Below are positions 24,554-38,716 of a stretch of 64,000 bases of DNA, piece by piece; the first letter of the stretch is position 1; every line of letters starts with the position of its first letter. The DNA comes from Octopus vulgaris (taxonomy: Eukaryota). The notes under the pieces were generated by a model. It was not told the DNA's origin, did no database searches, and worked only from the letters and a program-made list of their open reading frames with translations. The stretch covers positions 82,646,001 to 82,710,000 of the forward strand of contig OX597814.1 of NCBI GenBank assembly GCA_951406725.2, read 5' to 3'. The position numbers were made by a program, and so were the translations under genes.

Positions 24554-26079
24554 CCAGCCGGAGCAGCACTATGACGACGATGATGACAACAACAACGACA
24601 ACGATGACGACCACCACCACCATCATATCACAATCGCCACTACAACTACCCTATAACTATCACCACCAACATCATCAGCAGCATTGTCATTGCTTCCACT
24701 TTAACCACATATACCACAATCAATGTTATCATTATGGTTACCTTGACAGTCACTTTCACCACCACAAACAGTATAACCACTACAATACTACCATCACACA
24801 ACTGACACTATCATCAACATCACTATTACCACCATCACTTCAACATCACACATGACACAGCTCCTGTCGCCATTATAACCACCGATACTGTTTTATCCTC
24901 CTCCCATACTTATCTCAACCATCGTCATCATCAACATTGTCTCCGCTTTCACCACAATCACCGTCAAAACTATGATCACCACAATCAGTTTCTTTATACA
25001 GTTGAAATTCCATTATTTGATACTCATGGGACCGTGATTGTTGCAGATTTTTGATTTTTCTAATTTTGGAGTGCTTTATTAAAAAAAAAAATTGCATCTA
25101 CAAAATGGGACAGTTTGAGGATAGAAACCAGGTCTAAACACAATAGTTTATAGACACTCTGAATGTAGTTCTATATAAATCTTTAATAATTTTTTTTTGT
25201 ATTTAAGACCATGAGAAATGTTAAGATATCAGCCTCTACCCATGTTGTCATGCTTTGATTAAAAGGTTACAGCATAGATAAGATTACTTAGATAAGCTTC
25301 AGCCGAAGTTGACTCAGGCCATGTCTAATTTAATAGCACCACCTGGAAGAGATACACAGTCAGCTCTGGAGAACCACAGCCCATTCAAGCAGAGGGTTAT
25401 TGCTTTTAGAGACATATCTGGGTGTGGGTGGTTTACCTGGTATTTGTTGGGGGTAATCATCTAGGGATCATTTGAATGCTGTAAAGTCACTTTCCTCCTT
25501 TATGTGTGTTTACTTTGTATAATCTTTCCTCTGTAAAATGTCACAAGCACCATGTAACATTGTTTAATGAGCTGTTTGAGACTGCATGATATCAAAAAAT
25601 TTGAGCCAAATCCTCATATTCTGGAATTTCATTACAGATAACCTGCTGAATGTTGAATAGCCTCTGCAAAGTAGTGTTTATCATTTTTATTCCAAACCCA
25701 TTTTTTCCCATGTATTAGCAAAGGTTAGGTCTTACTGTTAAGATCTGCTGTTTAGATCATGTTTAATCTCAACTCAGCTTTGATCAAGCAGATCTGTGAT
25801 CAAACCTGTCTTTATTTTGCAGACATAGTATATCTCAGATTATATTATCCAATGTATCCACTTTTTAAAGGCAGTATAAAAGTCTTTAGGGAAATTTGAG
25901 CACTGTTCTTAGAAGGCTGAGAAACCATGTAGAAATACCTTTGTTATTCATATCTATGTGGTATTGTTCTGTGAGATGTGGATTTCTTTAGTCATGTTGC
26001 AATACCTCTGCTTCCCCAGCCAGACAATCTTATGATCTGAGGTGAACATTAACTTTTTGTGCAGATCCAATTAATTATA

Positions 26080-26740
26080 AATATAGAATTGTTCACTCAC
26101 TGTGGAAAATAACTTACCATTGCTTGCTTGAAGGTTGTGTCATTTCAATGAACAGAGGAACATACTTGATATATGATATCAACATTTTACTAACTAAATT
26201 GTCATTGCTTTCATCCAAAATTAATGTTATATAAGAGATAGTGTTGGTATCATTCATTACATTTTTCAAAATGATATGGTTAGTGCACTTCACAAATTCA
26301 AATGCATAACTTTTGCTGCAACAATTTTCTGAAAGTGTAACAGATTTTCCCATATGATCATAAATATGTTTGAATAGAGAACATTGGAGAATTGAATGAA
26401 ATGGCAAGCAATAATCTTGCCAATCAATATTTTCATTGTTTAACATCACTGCTACTAACTAAATTCTAATCTAGTTTGCCTGTTTGTGTTTGAGTGATTT
26501 ATTCCCACTGCCTTATTGAAATCTTTGTAATTTGTACACTGCTCCAGATGGACTTTTTGATTGAAAAGTCTCTTTATGTGGTGAATATTTCATGAATTTT
26601 ACATTTCTTCACCAGAAAAACTACAATTAGATTTGGATTCCACACATACAGGCATACAAATTTAAAATAATCCATTGATTAGAGACTACTTTGCTGGTCT
26701 TCTGAAACATACAATCAATTTACTGAATCAATTAAGGAAT
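26080..26740 (-). pseudogene. hAT transposase remnant (ZNF862-like, first catalytic Asp region)
   Basis: YITLILDESNDNLVSKMLISYIKYV matches the hAT xsl.xDEstD....qL.iyvryv motif. Confidence 0.65.
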
Positions 26741-27469
26741 GATGTGGCCACAACCGGATTTAAACCTTGACAGGCCTGGGGCACTTCAGGTTCAGTGGGC
26801 CCCACCACATACACAAAAATTAAAATCCATGATAAATTACCAAACTTACATCTCAAAACTACCTATTGCATATAATTGAAATTGACAAGTTAGCACATAG
26901 AAAATTCAAATGCATTTGCCAATGCAAAATTTTGTTATCTAAACTAAATAGAGCAGGCTTTACCAGTACTGACTGAAAGTCTTTCCTTCTACACTTGGCA
27001 TCTGAAAAGTCTTTAATGGATTCCTCAAACTGCATCATCCTTAGAACATTGCTCTCTACATCTAAAAGGCACAGAGCACATAATCTTTTATGTATCATTG
27101 TGATTCTCAGATAATTCTTTATTAGCTCCGGTTTATTGAATGACCTCTCTCCTGCACAATTACTGACCATCAAGCTAAATATATTCTAAGAGTTACATCA
27201 ACACTTGGAAATGTATTAAAAACTCTTCATAAAGGATTAAAAGAACCTTTTGAGATGAATTGTGACATGATCCAAACTTATAAAAGGCTGCAAACTGTAC
27301 AATTTATCTTATGAACACATTACTAAAATCACAGGTGAAAGTGGTGATGACTTTCTCAATTTCACTTCATACCTCTGCATCAAGTAAACTACATAAGTTC
27401 ACTATGACTTTGAACTTGTTGTGCACTAATTGATAGGTTACCCTACAATTTTGTAAGGCAACAGACACC

Positions 27470-28960
27470 ATCATCATCATCAGCAGCATCATTATCATTA
27501 TTTAATGTCTGCTTTCCATGGGTAGAATGAATTGACTGAAAACTAGTAAGCTGGGGAGCTGCACCAGGTTCCAATCTGATTTGACATGGTTTCTACGGCT
27601 GGATGCCCTTCTTAATGCCAACTACTCCGAGAGTGCTTTTATGTGCCATTGGCACAGGTGTCATTGACGTGACAGTTGCATCAGTCATGACTGTGATCTC
27701 ACTTGTCTTGATCGGTCTATACAGGCATGGTATATTGATAAAGGTCTTGGTTATCTATTACTACCTCTGAGAGGCTCAACACTTGAATGGAGCTTTTTAT
27801 GTGGCACCGGCACAGATGCCAGTCAGATGACACTGGTATTGGCCATAACTATAATTTTACTTGGCTTGACCGGTATTCTCAAGCACAGCATATCACCTAA
27901 TGTTTGAACCAACGTTTGAAGGGTGCTTTTTATGTGCCAATTATGCAACACAGGCATCGGCCATGACTACAATCTCACTTGGCTTGACAGGTTTTTTTAA
28001 GCACAGCATATTGCCAGAGGTCACAGTCACTTGTCATTACCTCTGTGAGGCCCAACATTTGAAAATCATGCTTCACCACCTCATCCCACGTCTTCCCGGG
28101 TCTACTTCTTCCACAGGTTCCCTCCACCATTAGAGTGTGGCACATCTTCATACAGCTGACCTCATCTATATGCATCATATGACCATACCAGTGCAGTTGT
28201 CTCTCTTGCACACCACATCTGGTGTCTCTTGTGCCCAACTTTTCTCTCAGGATGCTTACACTCTGACATTACACACCCAGAGAAGCATACTAGCTTCATT
28301 TCTTACAAGCCTATGCATGTTCTCAACAGTTACAGCCCATGCTTCACTGCCATGTGGCATGGCTGTTTGCACACAGGCATCATACAATCTGCCTTTCACT
28401 TTGAGAGAGAGGCCCTTTGTTACCAGTAGATGTAGGAGCTCTCTGAACATTCCACAGCCTATTCTTATTGTAGCAGCTACACTCTTGGAGCATTCACCCC
28501 TGCTACTGACTTGGTCACCTAGGTAATGGAAGCTACTGACAATTTCTAGTTTTCCCTACTGGCATATGATGGAATCTACTTTCTGTACATTTTTAGCGGT
28601 AATTGTACCTGTGCACCTGCCACACACAAAAACTGTTTTCCCTATTAACATTCCTCTGATATTGCTGCACCTCTTATATGTCCATAGCTTACACTGGTAC
28701 ATCTTATGGAGTTTCTACCTATGCCTTTTCTACAGATGGAGCAGGGCAATCTTCCTGAAGGGATTTGTGATTTGTCTGCTTTCCTACTTACTAAGGCTTT
28801 AATTTTTGCCAGGTTCTTCAATTCTAGACCTTGCTTCCATACCTGAAACTTCTTCTCTAGTTCTGGTAGTGATTCAGCTATAAGAACAAGGTTATCAGCA
28901 TAGAGGAGCTCCCAGAGGCAGCCTGTCGTAAATTCCTGTTATTGCCTGGAGGGTTATGAT
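27470..28960 (-). pseudogene. RTE LINE, 5'-truncated, nested in the hAT element
   Basis: ELLYADNL (~28890), KVKGRLYDACVQTAMPHGSEAW, RQLHWYGHMMH and GRSRPGKTWDEVVKHD, plus a (GAT)n tail. Confidence 0.9.
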
Positions 28961-29949
28961 GATGATAACAATTGATCTAAAATGACTTTGAAAGTCTTGC
29001 AACTAAATTTTTCTCTTGCAGAAATGATAACTTCATTTGAGCTGGATTTGCATCATGTTTGTTTCTCTTCCATGGCCTATCTGTTGTTACTTTGTTCTTT
29101 ACATTTCCACACATTTTCTAGGCATCCAATTCCAACTCATCATATCTATCCTAAAGTGATTTCAGAAAGATTTCCAAACAACCAGTTAGGTCCTATACTT
29201 TATTCAGATCAACTTCATCTCATTGAAAAGCATTATTTGCACTATTAAACCATACAAGAATTAAATTCCAGATCTTAGCTATCTGATCAGTTTTAAGACA
29301 TTTTGTCGGCTGATGTCTGACCTTCATATCTTGCCTCAAGTATTTATTCCAAATCATCTGTACTTAGATCCTGTGATCTCTTCACTACCTTTAATTGTTA
29401 AGCCTCTCTTGTCTAGAGACATCGTCATATCCATGACATGATGCAATACTTTAGTTCAGTTTTTCTGCACTTGTTTTTCCAAGTAGTTAACATGAGAATG
29501 TTTCCAACATGAAACTTGGAACTTCAACTCAGAATCTCTATCTTTGGCTTTGTTCATCTATTTTCATTTTCTCATCTGCTTTTCCCTAGTCATTAAATCC
29601 ATCCTTGTTGGAAAATCTGTTGTGTCAGCTTGACATCAAAGGACTGTAAAAGCAATAAGCTGCAAACTTTGATGAGCTGTACTGGAACCCCTTTCTTAGA
29701 TGCTACTCAGCATTGTTATGAATAGTATAAGACATTGGATTTTAAAAATAAAGTACCCATCCAAGTTTTCTTCACCTCATTGATAATGACATCAAGATTC
29801 TGGGTTGGGTTGGTGACATTTTTGCTTTGTCATATAGTTGATTATGATTGAAAGAATATGGACATATACTTTTCTGTGACAGGAAACCATGTGGCTGAGT
29901 CTAGATTCCAAAATAGTTCTTCACTATCCATATCAAAAAGATGTAGTGA

Positions 29950-30200
29950 AGATATGTGGTTTAATGGTTAGGGTATTTGGCTCACAATCATGAGGTTATG
30001 AGTTTGATTCCCAGCAACACATTGTGTACTTAAGCCAGACACCTTATTTTGTGTTGCTCCAGTCCATTCAGCTACCAAAAATCAGTTGTACCAGTAATTC
30101 AAAGGGTTAGCCTTATCCCACTGTGTCATGCTGAATGTTCCTGTAAACTACATGAAGGTACATGTGTTTGTGGAGTGCTCAGTCACTTGCACATGAATAG
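29950..30200 (+). mobile_element. tRNA-derived SINE (CORE-like central block)
   Basis: A box TGGTTTAATGG and B box GAGTTTGATTCC, then GTGT.CTT.AGC.AGACAC.TTA...TTGCTCCAGTCCA.TCAGCT. Confidence 0.65.
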
Positions 30201-30847
30201 GTTGTTCCTTTAACAACTGGAACACTTGTTGTAATCTACAGAGTTCCAGTCCAATAAGATGTAGTGATACATCATCTCCAATGTTTTGAACTGATATGTT
30301 CTTCCTGTTTTCCGTAGATGTACTTAGGAGTGTAGCTAGTTTCTCAAATGGAACATCTAGTACTAATTCTTCATCATTAGCTTTTAAATTTCCATTTTCT
30401 GAAGCAAAGAAAAGTTTTGTAAGGCATTCCTTCTTTGTCAATACTGCAGCATTATTTTCACATCTTTCTTTGAAATTTTATTCTTTTGAAAAGCTGAATT
30501 TTCCATAATATACTGGATATTCTGTGTAACAGGAACTGATGACTCCTATGTAGACTCACTTTGTTTAACCAGCCAGACAGTTTACACATACATATGTTAC
30601 TCTAAAGTATGGGGAAGATAACTGCGTCTGTTACTAAAGTTAATCAAATGGAAATTGAAAAGAGTTCAAGTGATTAACAGCAAATTGAGGATTTTGTTTC
30701 CATAAAATCACTTTTCTTCAAAATTATGTCTCACTTGAAATGAAGAAGTACAATAAAAGTATTTAGAAAAAATAATAATTTGAAAAGGAATTATTTATTT
30801 GAAAGATCTCTAAACTTTAAACAATCTTGTGACAATATTTGAGCTTA

Positions 30848-31010
30848 TAGTCTGTCTTTATGTCCTGAGTTCAAATTCTGCTGAGGTTGACTTTGCCTTT
30901 CATCCTTTCTGGGTCGATAAATTAGGTACCAGTTGCATACTGGGGTTGACCTAATCAACTGGCCCCCTTCCCCAAAATTTCGGGCCTTGTGCCTAAAGTA
31001 GAAAAGAATT
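30848..31010 (+). mobile_element. SINE family B, 5'-truncated, with 10-bp TSD
   Basis: TTTGAGCTTA at 30838 and 31011. Confidence 0.85.
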
Positions 31011-33584
31011 TTTGAGCTTACAACTCTAACTTTTGTTAATCAAAATTAGCTAATGAAGATGCAATGATCCAAATAAATTTTGTGAAGGAAGTGAGTATTA
31101 ACATGTGTTGCTGTCAGTGATAACCTTTGAGTTGAAATACTTATTTTGACATTGCTAACTGATTTTTGTTTTGTTTACATCTTACCTTGTTCTTGTCAAT
31201 AAGACCAGTCTACCAAAAGACTTTAATGTCAAACTGGGAATAATGATGTTTAGGAGCAACAATATATGATGTACATGTGACTGTGTGTTTAGTCACAGTT
31301 ATAAACTCCTGAAGCTGGTAGTCATTGCTAAGTCAAGCAGAAAAAAATGACTTAAGGGAATTTGAATAAGAGACAATAAATTTGTCTATCTGTCTGTTTG
31401 TCTAACTTTATATATTAACTTACTTTATAATAAGTACTGAATCTTTTTCAGAAGTGGTTCCAGTTTTTGTTTATTGCAATCTTTTGTTTTTCTTTTCTCT
31501 GTCATTTTGCTATTTCCTAAGAGAATTTGCTGCTTTTAGGCTGAGTAAACTGGTGTCACAAATGTTGAGAAATAATGGTTTTTATCATGAAAGAGACATC
31601 CAGTACATTTTTAAGAAGGGAATACATGTCTGTATACTGGGAAAGGTCTCTTCCTGCAAGATTGCAGGAAAGGGAGCCTCCTGATATAGTGAGCCCACCA
31701 CCCATGGCAAGGGACCCAAGTATTGGGGATGCTTGGGACAATTTCCTCTTTTGCCTTCCTATAAATCTGGCTATGGATGTGGCTTCTATAGTTACAATCC
31801 CTAAAGGCAACCCTCAAAGAACCTTAGTCACTCTGAATTATAAATGATTGATTAGATTAGTTCTGAGTCTAATAAGGCAATATCTGTAGTTCTGATGCTC
31901 CAATAAAATACTATACTTTTTTTTTAAGGATTGTTAGGCACAATGCAATGTCTGGTTCACTTCCATGACCTGAGCCTTCATCAGAGTCCCCTGCATTGTA
32001 AGTACATGTACCATGCTTGTAGCTAGAGAATATAAGATCAGTTCATGATCCAGTTCCCACAGCAACTCCCACATACAAAGGATACATGAAAAAAGAATTC
32101 TCCACAGAGCTCTACCACCACTTAAGACATGAGCCTGGTTTGTGGGTAATACTTTGGGAAACAGCTCTACTAATTAACATAATTGCATATTCCTTTTTTT
32201 TCCCCAGTTTGTGATTAGTGCACATGATAACATACATAATTTTGAGAGATCTACCCGAGGCTACCAATATCTAGCTGAGTTATAAGAATCAGCATTGTGG
32301 TTGGCAACAACTCATGAGTTGGGGTTTTATTATTTCTCCTCCTAATCAAATTTACTATATGAGTAGTGTGAGCACAAAAGTAAACAAGAAAATTGATTTG
32401 ATATGTAGCTCAGACAATTCTCCTTTCTCATTATAAACAGTTGTGAAATTCAGTAAAACCTGGATTCTTACCACCTCTTACTAATGTGCAAGTTACACAT
32501 TCTGTCCCTGAGATACAAATGTCTCATCTGTTATTTCAAGCCCATCTCTGCAGTCCAGCCCACTCATTATATTCCAACTTCACTCTGAAAGGTGATATAT
32601 ACACATATACAGACTCTACACTTTCCCTCTCTTACCTCTTTCACCTGGATATCAACAACAATGTCTCCAGTTATTCTGGGTTGAAATATCCTTTCCTTAG
32701 TTCAAGAAATTTACCTGCTACTGTTAACCTTCCTCCAGTTAACACCAACTCTATAGAATTCCCTTGTTTTCTCTAGAGATGTCAGCTTACATATAATTAA
32801 GCTGCATATAAACTGCATTAATCTTACCAGTGTCAGAGGTCCCAGAAAAATCATACATTCAGCTTGTTTTCCTGGCTAAGCTGTAAAAATGTTCTTGACA
32901 TTTTATGCTCTGTTCTATCTATCAACTGTTAACAACATGGGCCAGAGGATTTGTGTCTTTCTTAAGAGCATTATCAGAGTAAATAAAATTGGTATGACCA
33001 GAAATTGAACCAGGAGCTTATCATGTTAGTATAAAATAAATATCTATATTGAAATATATTTCTAAAGAATGTATGTATATATTTGAAAGTCATTAATCTC
33101 ATATTAAAGTAAATGCAGAGAAAAGCAGCAGAGATCAATTAAAGAATACTTGCATGGTTATGAATAACCAGGTTTCCATTACCATAGAAACCAAGTAAAA
33201 TTGAATTTCTTTGAAGAAATATTAATATTTCATCTCTGTTCAATTTTCTATTGCTGTTTGAGTTAATTTTATCTAGTTTTGTGTAATTATTTTTACAGAT
33301 GGATGCCCTTCCTATGCTAATCCACCTAACCAAGCGGTAAGAGCAGAATTTGTTTATTAGCTCATTAGCCTGGTGACATGTACTTTGCCTAAGGGTACCA
33401 CAGATTAATTGTCCTCTCTGAACTTATGACCATGTCGACAACATTTTAATAGTTTATTGTAATAGCCATACATAATGTAATATATATTTTCTTAAAATGT
33501 CAATATCTTAAATATATAACTAATTAAGCCATAGAAATGTTCTTACTTGTATTTTGATGCATAAATTTATTGTTCTTAATAACA

Positions 33585-33900
33585 TTGTTTCATTATGTCA
33601 AAGGTTTTTATTATATCTTTTGCTTTGTTCCATAGTTAAGGTTTTGGAAAGCATAACTCAGAAACTTGTTTCATTATGTTGAAGGTTTTAATTATGTCTT
33701 CTATTTGGTTATAATGTTCAGGGTCTTAAAAGGGTAACTTATAAACAAGTTTCAATATGCTAAAGTTGTTGATTATGTTTTCTATTTTATCCAATAGTAA
33801 AGGTTGTTGAGAGCATAACAACTTGAAATTATTTCATTGCATTGATTTCGATTATGTCATCAATCTTAATCTGTGTTAAAAGCATAACTCTTGAACACGT
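33585..33900. repeat. ~81-bp tandem array, 4 diverged copies
   Basis: TTGTTTCATTATG...GATTATGT...AAGCATAACT units start at ~33585, 33666, 33747 and 33829. Confidence 0.8.
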
Positions 33901-33919
33901 GATGACAAACAAAATAATT

Positions 33920-34150
33920 GCTTCAAGTTTGACACAGGGCTAACAATTTTGAAGCGAGGGGAGTAAGCAGATACCATCGTTCCCTCAGCCCACCAATACT
34001 TGCCTGTTATTTTATTTTATCAAGCTTGAAAGGATGAATGGTAAAGTTGGTTTCTGCAGCATTTGAACTCAGAATGTAAAGAGCTGGAAGACATGTCACT
34101 AAGCATTTTGCCTGTTGCACTAATGATTTTGTCAGTTTATTGCTTTAAGG
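33920..34150 (-). mobile_element. SINE family B, degenerate
   Basis: GAAAGGATGAATGGTAAAGTTG...ATTTGAACTCAGAATGTAAAG...CTAAGCATTTTGCC. Confidence 0.7.
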
Positions 34151-35544
34151 CAATTAAAATAAGACTGATAATTCATAAACATTTGATTTATTCAGCATCA
34201 GACAAAATACTTTACAATATTTAGTCACATCTTCTATGTTCCGAGTTCAAGTCCTTCTGAGTTGAATAGCATCTTTCAGCCTCCAGGCTTGATAAACTGA
34301 GTACTAGATATATATTTAATTGGCTGTACTCTTTACTTTTATACGCTGGCCTTGACCATTGTAAAAATAAATTAATATGGATATTAACAAGTATTAAAAG
34401 CCATCCTTCAATTAACAATTAAGCTAATTAAACAAGAGATTATATTGGACTTATTACAGAATTGTATACTTACTTTTGCTTTTTAATGTATCCTCGTTTT
34501 CTTATTATGTCTTACAAAGATTAAAAAAATAACAACACAAAACTTACATCCATTATATTTTAGGAGATATTGCTTAGTAACCATTAGAGACAGAAAACCA
34601 AAACATCTGTTGATATCATCCTTTAAATGTAAATGAAAGAAATTGCAGGAAAATAATAAGTGCCGGCCATTTTATGAAAGAAATACTAGTATTATGTCAT
34701 GAGACCTGAACAATTGCAGATCATTTAGGTATTGTTGCATTTTGTTGATATACACTGCTATGGAGATGAGAGCCTATTGATTTGCTCTGGACCAAATAGC
34801 TACGAGTAATTCATTGTCATGTTTTGTCACTTTGCTTGACTTCCACAATTACGCATGCTCCATCAGCTAGCTACTGGAGGATAGAATAATTAGCATTGAA
34901 AAAAGAAAACAAACAAAAATAAGATACACATACACACAGTAAGCACACGAATTATACATAAACAAATGCTCATATATATATACATCATTCTCACTCATAC
35001 TTAAAAAATTAATATTTGAGAAGAAAAATAATTGTTTTTGAAAAGACATATAATACCATTGAACACTGTTCCGACATAGAATTTAAAAAGTGATGAAATT
35101 TAAACTTTATGTTTAGAGGAATCTTTTGTTTTGTTTAGTGGAACCTTTTGTAAACAAGGTAAATGCTGTTTTTCAAATTTCGTATAGGATATCATTTATT
35201 ACTGTATTTTTTCCTGTTCAATTTTTAAAAAAATCTAAATTTCTTTCTTTCTTAAAAGTTTTATTTGTTGTTATTGGAGGATATTATATGAACCAGATTT
35301 ATTATTTGATATTTTTATATTGTTTCCTTTCAAACTGTTTTATGTGCCTGTCTTCTTCCCTGTTCAAATGAAAATATTTTCTCTGTTAGACCATAGCATT
35401 AAACAATTTTATATCATCATCATCACCACCACCATGACCACCATTAACATTGTTGTAACTGTACTTGTCATCATCATCATCATTATCATTTTTATATTAA
35501 TTTTCTTCCAGCTAGGATGATATCACAGAGATTAGCTCCTTTCA

Positions 35545-36085
35545 AGGCTAGAAAATATTCATATCCCAACAACTGATGATGTTTTACAAGGCTCAAATGA
35601 AGCCTCCTATGAACTATTGTTCCTCTGTGACAATACTTCTGCTACACACACAGACATCCAATTAGCATTCAGACAAGGGCCACTTAGCTGACTGGCATTC
35701 AATCAACAATGGACATGCTCCATCCTCTGGTTTCTAGTCTTATTGTTTCTTCTTTCTGTCTTTTCTGTTGATACTAAATGGCCTCAGTTCCTTGGATCTG
35801 GCTGTCTCATACCTTCATCATTTAGATACTCCCAATTCACCTCTCATCTCTTCACCTCTTGTCACCCTTGTTTTGTCTACTATTACCCATGGCCACACTA
35901 ACCACTTTTTCCAGTTGTTCCTCCCCAGATCACTGGCTTTCTGGAACCTTCTTCTAGTCACATCTGTCTTGCAAGTGTTGACATGTTACAGTTTAAATAG
36001 AACATTAAGCTCACTAGTCTCAAAAGGCCTGCAAAGTCATAGCTACTGCCCCTTCCTCCCAAGTCAGCAAGTAAGGAAAAAAAAA
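35545..36085 (+). pseudogene. Decayed LINE (CR1/L2/Jockey group) ORF2 C-terminus and 3' end
   Basis: F.PRSLAFWNLL C-terminal motif and a short A tail at ~36078. Confidence 0.45.
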
Positions 36086-37017
36086 ATGTCCAAAGCACAG
36101 CATCTCTCCCTTCATCTCAATCAGTGGTTCATAATTGTTTTCACTCAAACAACCTCTTTTAATTTTGTATAACTATTAATACTTAATGCCCACATTACAT
36201 TTATAATGTGTGAAACAAGTGTACTACTTTTGGCATTTTCCCCACCAATTATCTGTAACATCATCTCAAAGAGAGTGTTACTGCAACCCTTTGAGAAATG
36301 CTAATCTAGATCCTATCACTTAGTCTATTCTGTGAGACACACTGTTTGCATACCTGTATTACAAATTTCATCTGAAGTATCCTTGGTTGCTCTCTACAAT
36401 GGATGTCTTCCATTGCTAATGACCCCCTTTTTTTACCCAGCATGCTTCATCTATTGATTATCTAAACTAACATAAGTCTTTGATTTGTATACATCAGCTC
36501 ATCCCTTTGATGAGCTATTACTTTCTCATCTTCTCACTTGACATTTCTTGTTACTTAACACTGAAACATTAAACACACCAGCTTGTTTCACTCTATTTAC
36601 TGTGAATGTTCTGCATTAACTTCCAATATTAATATGGGAATTTTCTATGCAGATGTTTCCATCTAAAATCACTTTTATTGGTGCAATATATTAACTTATT
36701 TCTTATTTGGTATATACAAGACTTGATGATAGTGTGTTACAAAATTTAGTATTTATATGTTACCAGACACATTAATAGTATGTTCTGGGAGAGCAAAGTC
36801 TACATCACCTTTTCAATTTTCTGTTCATGCATATCATTAATTCTCATGAAAAACTTTCAATATCATATAATATCTTACCTTTGTATAGACATTAATGTTA
36901 TAAAACTTTCTGAATGTAAACTCAACTCTTTCTTGACTTATGATGCTGCTCTTCCTTACAACTAACATTTATTAATAAACCTATAATATCTTATAATATC
37001 AATTATTAACATCTTCA

Positions 37018-37238
37018 CCCTTTTGATATCAACTGGCCTGAAATTACCCTTGGTTCTCTAATACTAATTCTCTGTTTTAAAGTGATCTAAATTTTAAACT
37101 TTTCATCAAAATATCATGTTGGTTTATGTTTCAAATACCAGCTTAATAAGAACGAAGTCAATTTACTAAATTCTTTATCATTTTCAAAATTAATTGAAAC
37201 AAAAGCTGTGTTTCAGCAGAAGTATAGTAACAAAAGGG
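37018..37238. mobile_element. piggyBac-type MITE
   Basis: CCCTTTTGATA...TAACAAAAGGG termini, with TTAA on the right. Confidence 0.65.
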
Positions 37239-37279
37239 TTAATCAGCTCAAATTTATTTCAGTGTTGCACGTGGAGTAA

Positions 37280-38360
37280 AACATCTCTGTAACCCTTCAA
37301 TAGTTCTATCTTTCCTTCCTTGGCTTCCTTGGCATGTGACATTACAATTTTGATATTGGACAGCTTATATATAATGCATCATATGAGGTTGTCAATAAAA
37401 TCATTCAAGCATCAGATTGAGTGCTTTGTGACAATTGTTTTGCCTCTCTTTATGCTTTGAAATCAGCTTCAACTTTCATTCTTTTGGGGTCAGCTCTTTT
37501 TCTCTCAAACTTTCTTTCTGTCTGTCTCTGTCTCTCTTTCTTGAATAAATTGACTGTGGTCTGACCTGGGGAGAGGGGTGTAAAAGAAATTGTCCAAGAC
37601 ACACTGTATGTCACAACAACATAGTTCCAATTCATCAAGGAAGCATATTTTACACTTTGTAAACTGAAGCAATTCTATTACACTCAACAGAAGTGATAGT
37701 TCTATAATTTTTTATGCTGATTCCACTCTGTACACAATACTAGCATCGTTTCCATCCAAAACCCCAACACAGATTAAAATATGTAACAAATAAAATCTAG
37801 TTAATACCATCTTTGGATGCTCATATTGCTTGCTATACAAGTGTAAAGAATCTGACAGTTGAATTCTGGTTAGATTATGTGAAATATAAAATTTTATAGC
37901 CACTGCTTGAACTGTCTATGCAATGTCGACTTTTTGCCTACTTTATTCCCACAGAAAATGATAATTATCTTAATGTAAAATGATTTATGAAGCTCTAACC
38001 ACAAAGATATTGCAGAATAGATTTAAGTTGACAGAATAGGTTTGTCCTACACCTGTTCCCTTTCAGGATCCTTGATTTCACTTACCTTCTGATATTTAGA
38101 TTCCTCCAGCAGGTATTAAACTAAACTTATGCTGGCTGAATAAATAAACTCTTAGGAATATGAGTCGCTGAATTTCTGAAGACTTTGAAAATGGTTATGA
38201 TGAAGAGGAGCTTGAAAGCATTGTGCCATTGAATATTTAAATTCTTCATTGAGTGTGCTTGTGTTGTTGAATCTATTTTTGCTTGTCTTATAATAAATGG
38301 CATGAAAACTTCTGTAACTACAGTATATTGAATTATGTCACATACCATTGGTAATGTACA
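37280..38360 (-). pseudogene. Very degenerate LINE RT remnant
   Basis: Only traces of RT motifs in colinear order; heavily decayed. Confidence 0.3.
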
Positions 38361-38369
38361 GGTGTAGAT

Positions 38370-38716
38370 GTATGGGTAAGAAGCTTGCATCTCAACCAAA
38401 TGGTCTTAGGTTCAGTCCCACTACATGACATCTTGGAAAAATGTCTTTTACTATAACCTTGGGTTGACCAAAGCCTTGTGAGTGGATTTGGTAGTCAACA
38501 ACTGAAAGAAGCCTGATATATATCTATGAGTGTGTGTCTTTGTTCCCACCACTGCTTGACATTAGGTGATCATTTGTTTATGTCCCTGTAACTGAGTAGT
38601 TTGCCAAAAAGACAGAATAAGTACCATACTTTAAAAAAGAACGATAAATAGTGGGGTTGATTTGTTTCAAGGTGATACCACAACATGACCACAGTTCAAT
38701 GACTGAAACAAATAAG
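38370..38716 (+). mobile_element. SINE family A
   Basis: Head GTAAGAAGCTTGCATCTCAACCA..TGG...GGTTCAGTCCCACT and tail CACAGTTCAATGACTGAAACAAATAA. Confidence 0.85.

Larger units (their letters stand above)
26750..30560 (-). mobile_element. Decayed hAT DNA transposon (ZMYM1-like transposase) carrying nested RTE and SINE insertions
   Basis: C-terminal dimerization domain VSNCAGERSFNKPELIKNYLRITMIHKRLCALCLLDVES (26859-27173), a GYD motif near 29430, a YS....AAYCF zinc-finger remnant near 29660, and a basic N-terminus near 30400-30500. Confidence 0.7.

Noticed and set aside
31454-32000. Cluster of 68-90-aa ORFs and a CTGATGA at ~31980(-)
   Set aside because: There are no protein motifs, and the putative hammerhead lacks GAAA and a convincing stem I.
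34548-34621. Possible 74-nt minus-strand exon (AAG acceptor, GTAAGT donor)
   Set aside because: The acceptor is a rare type, the peptide is unrecognisable, and no partner exons were found. It would need RNA-seq.
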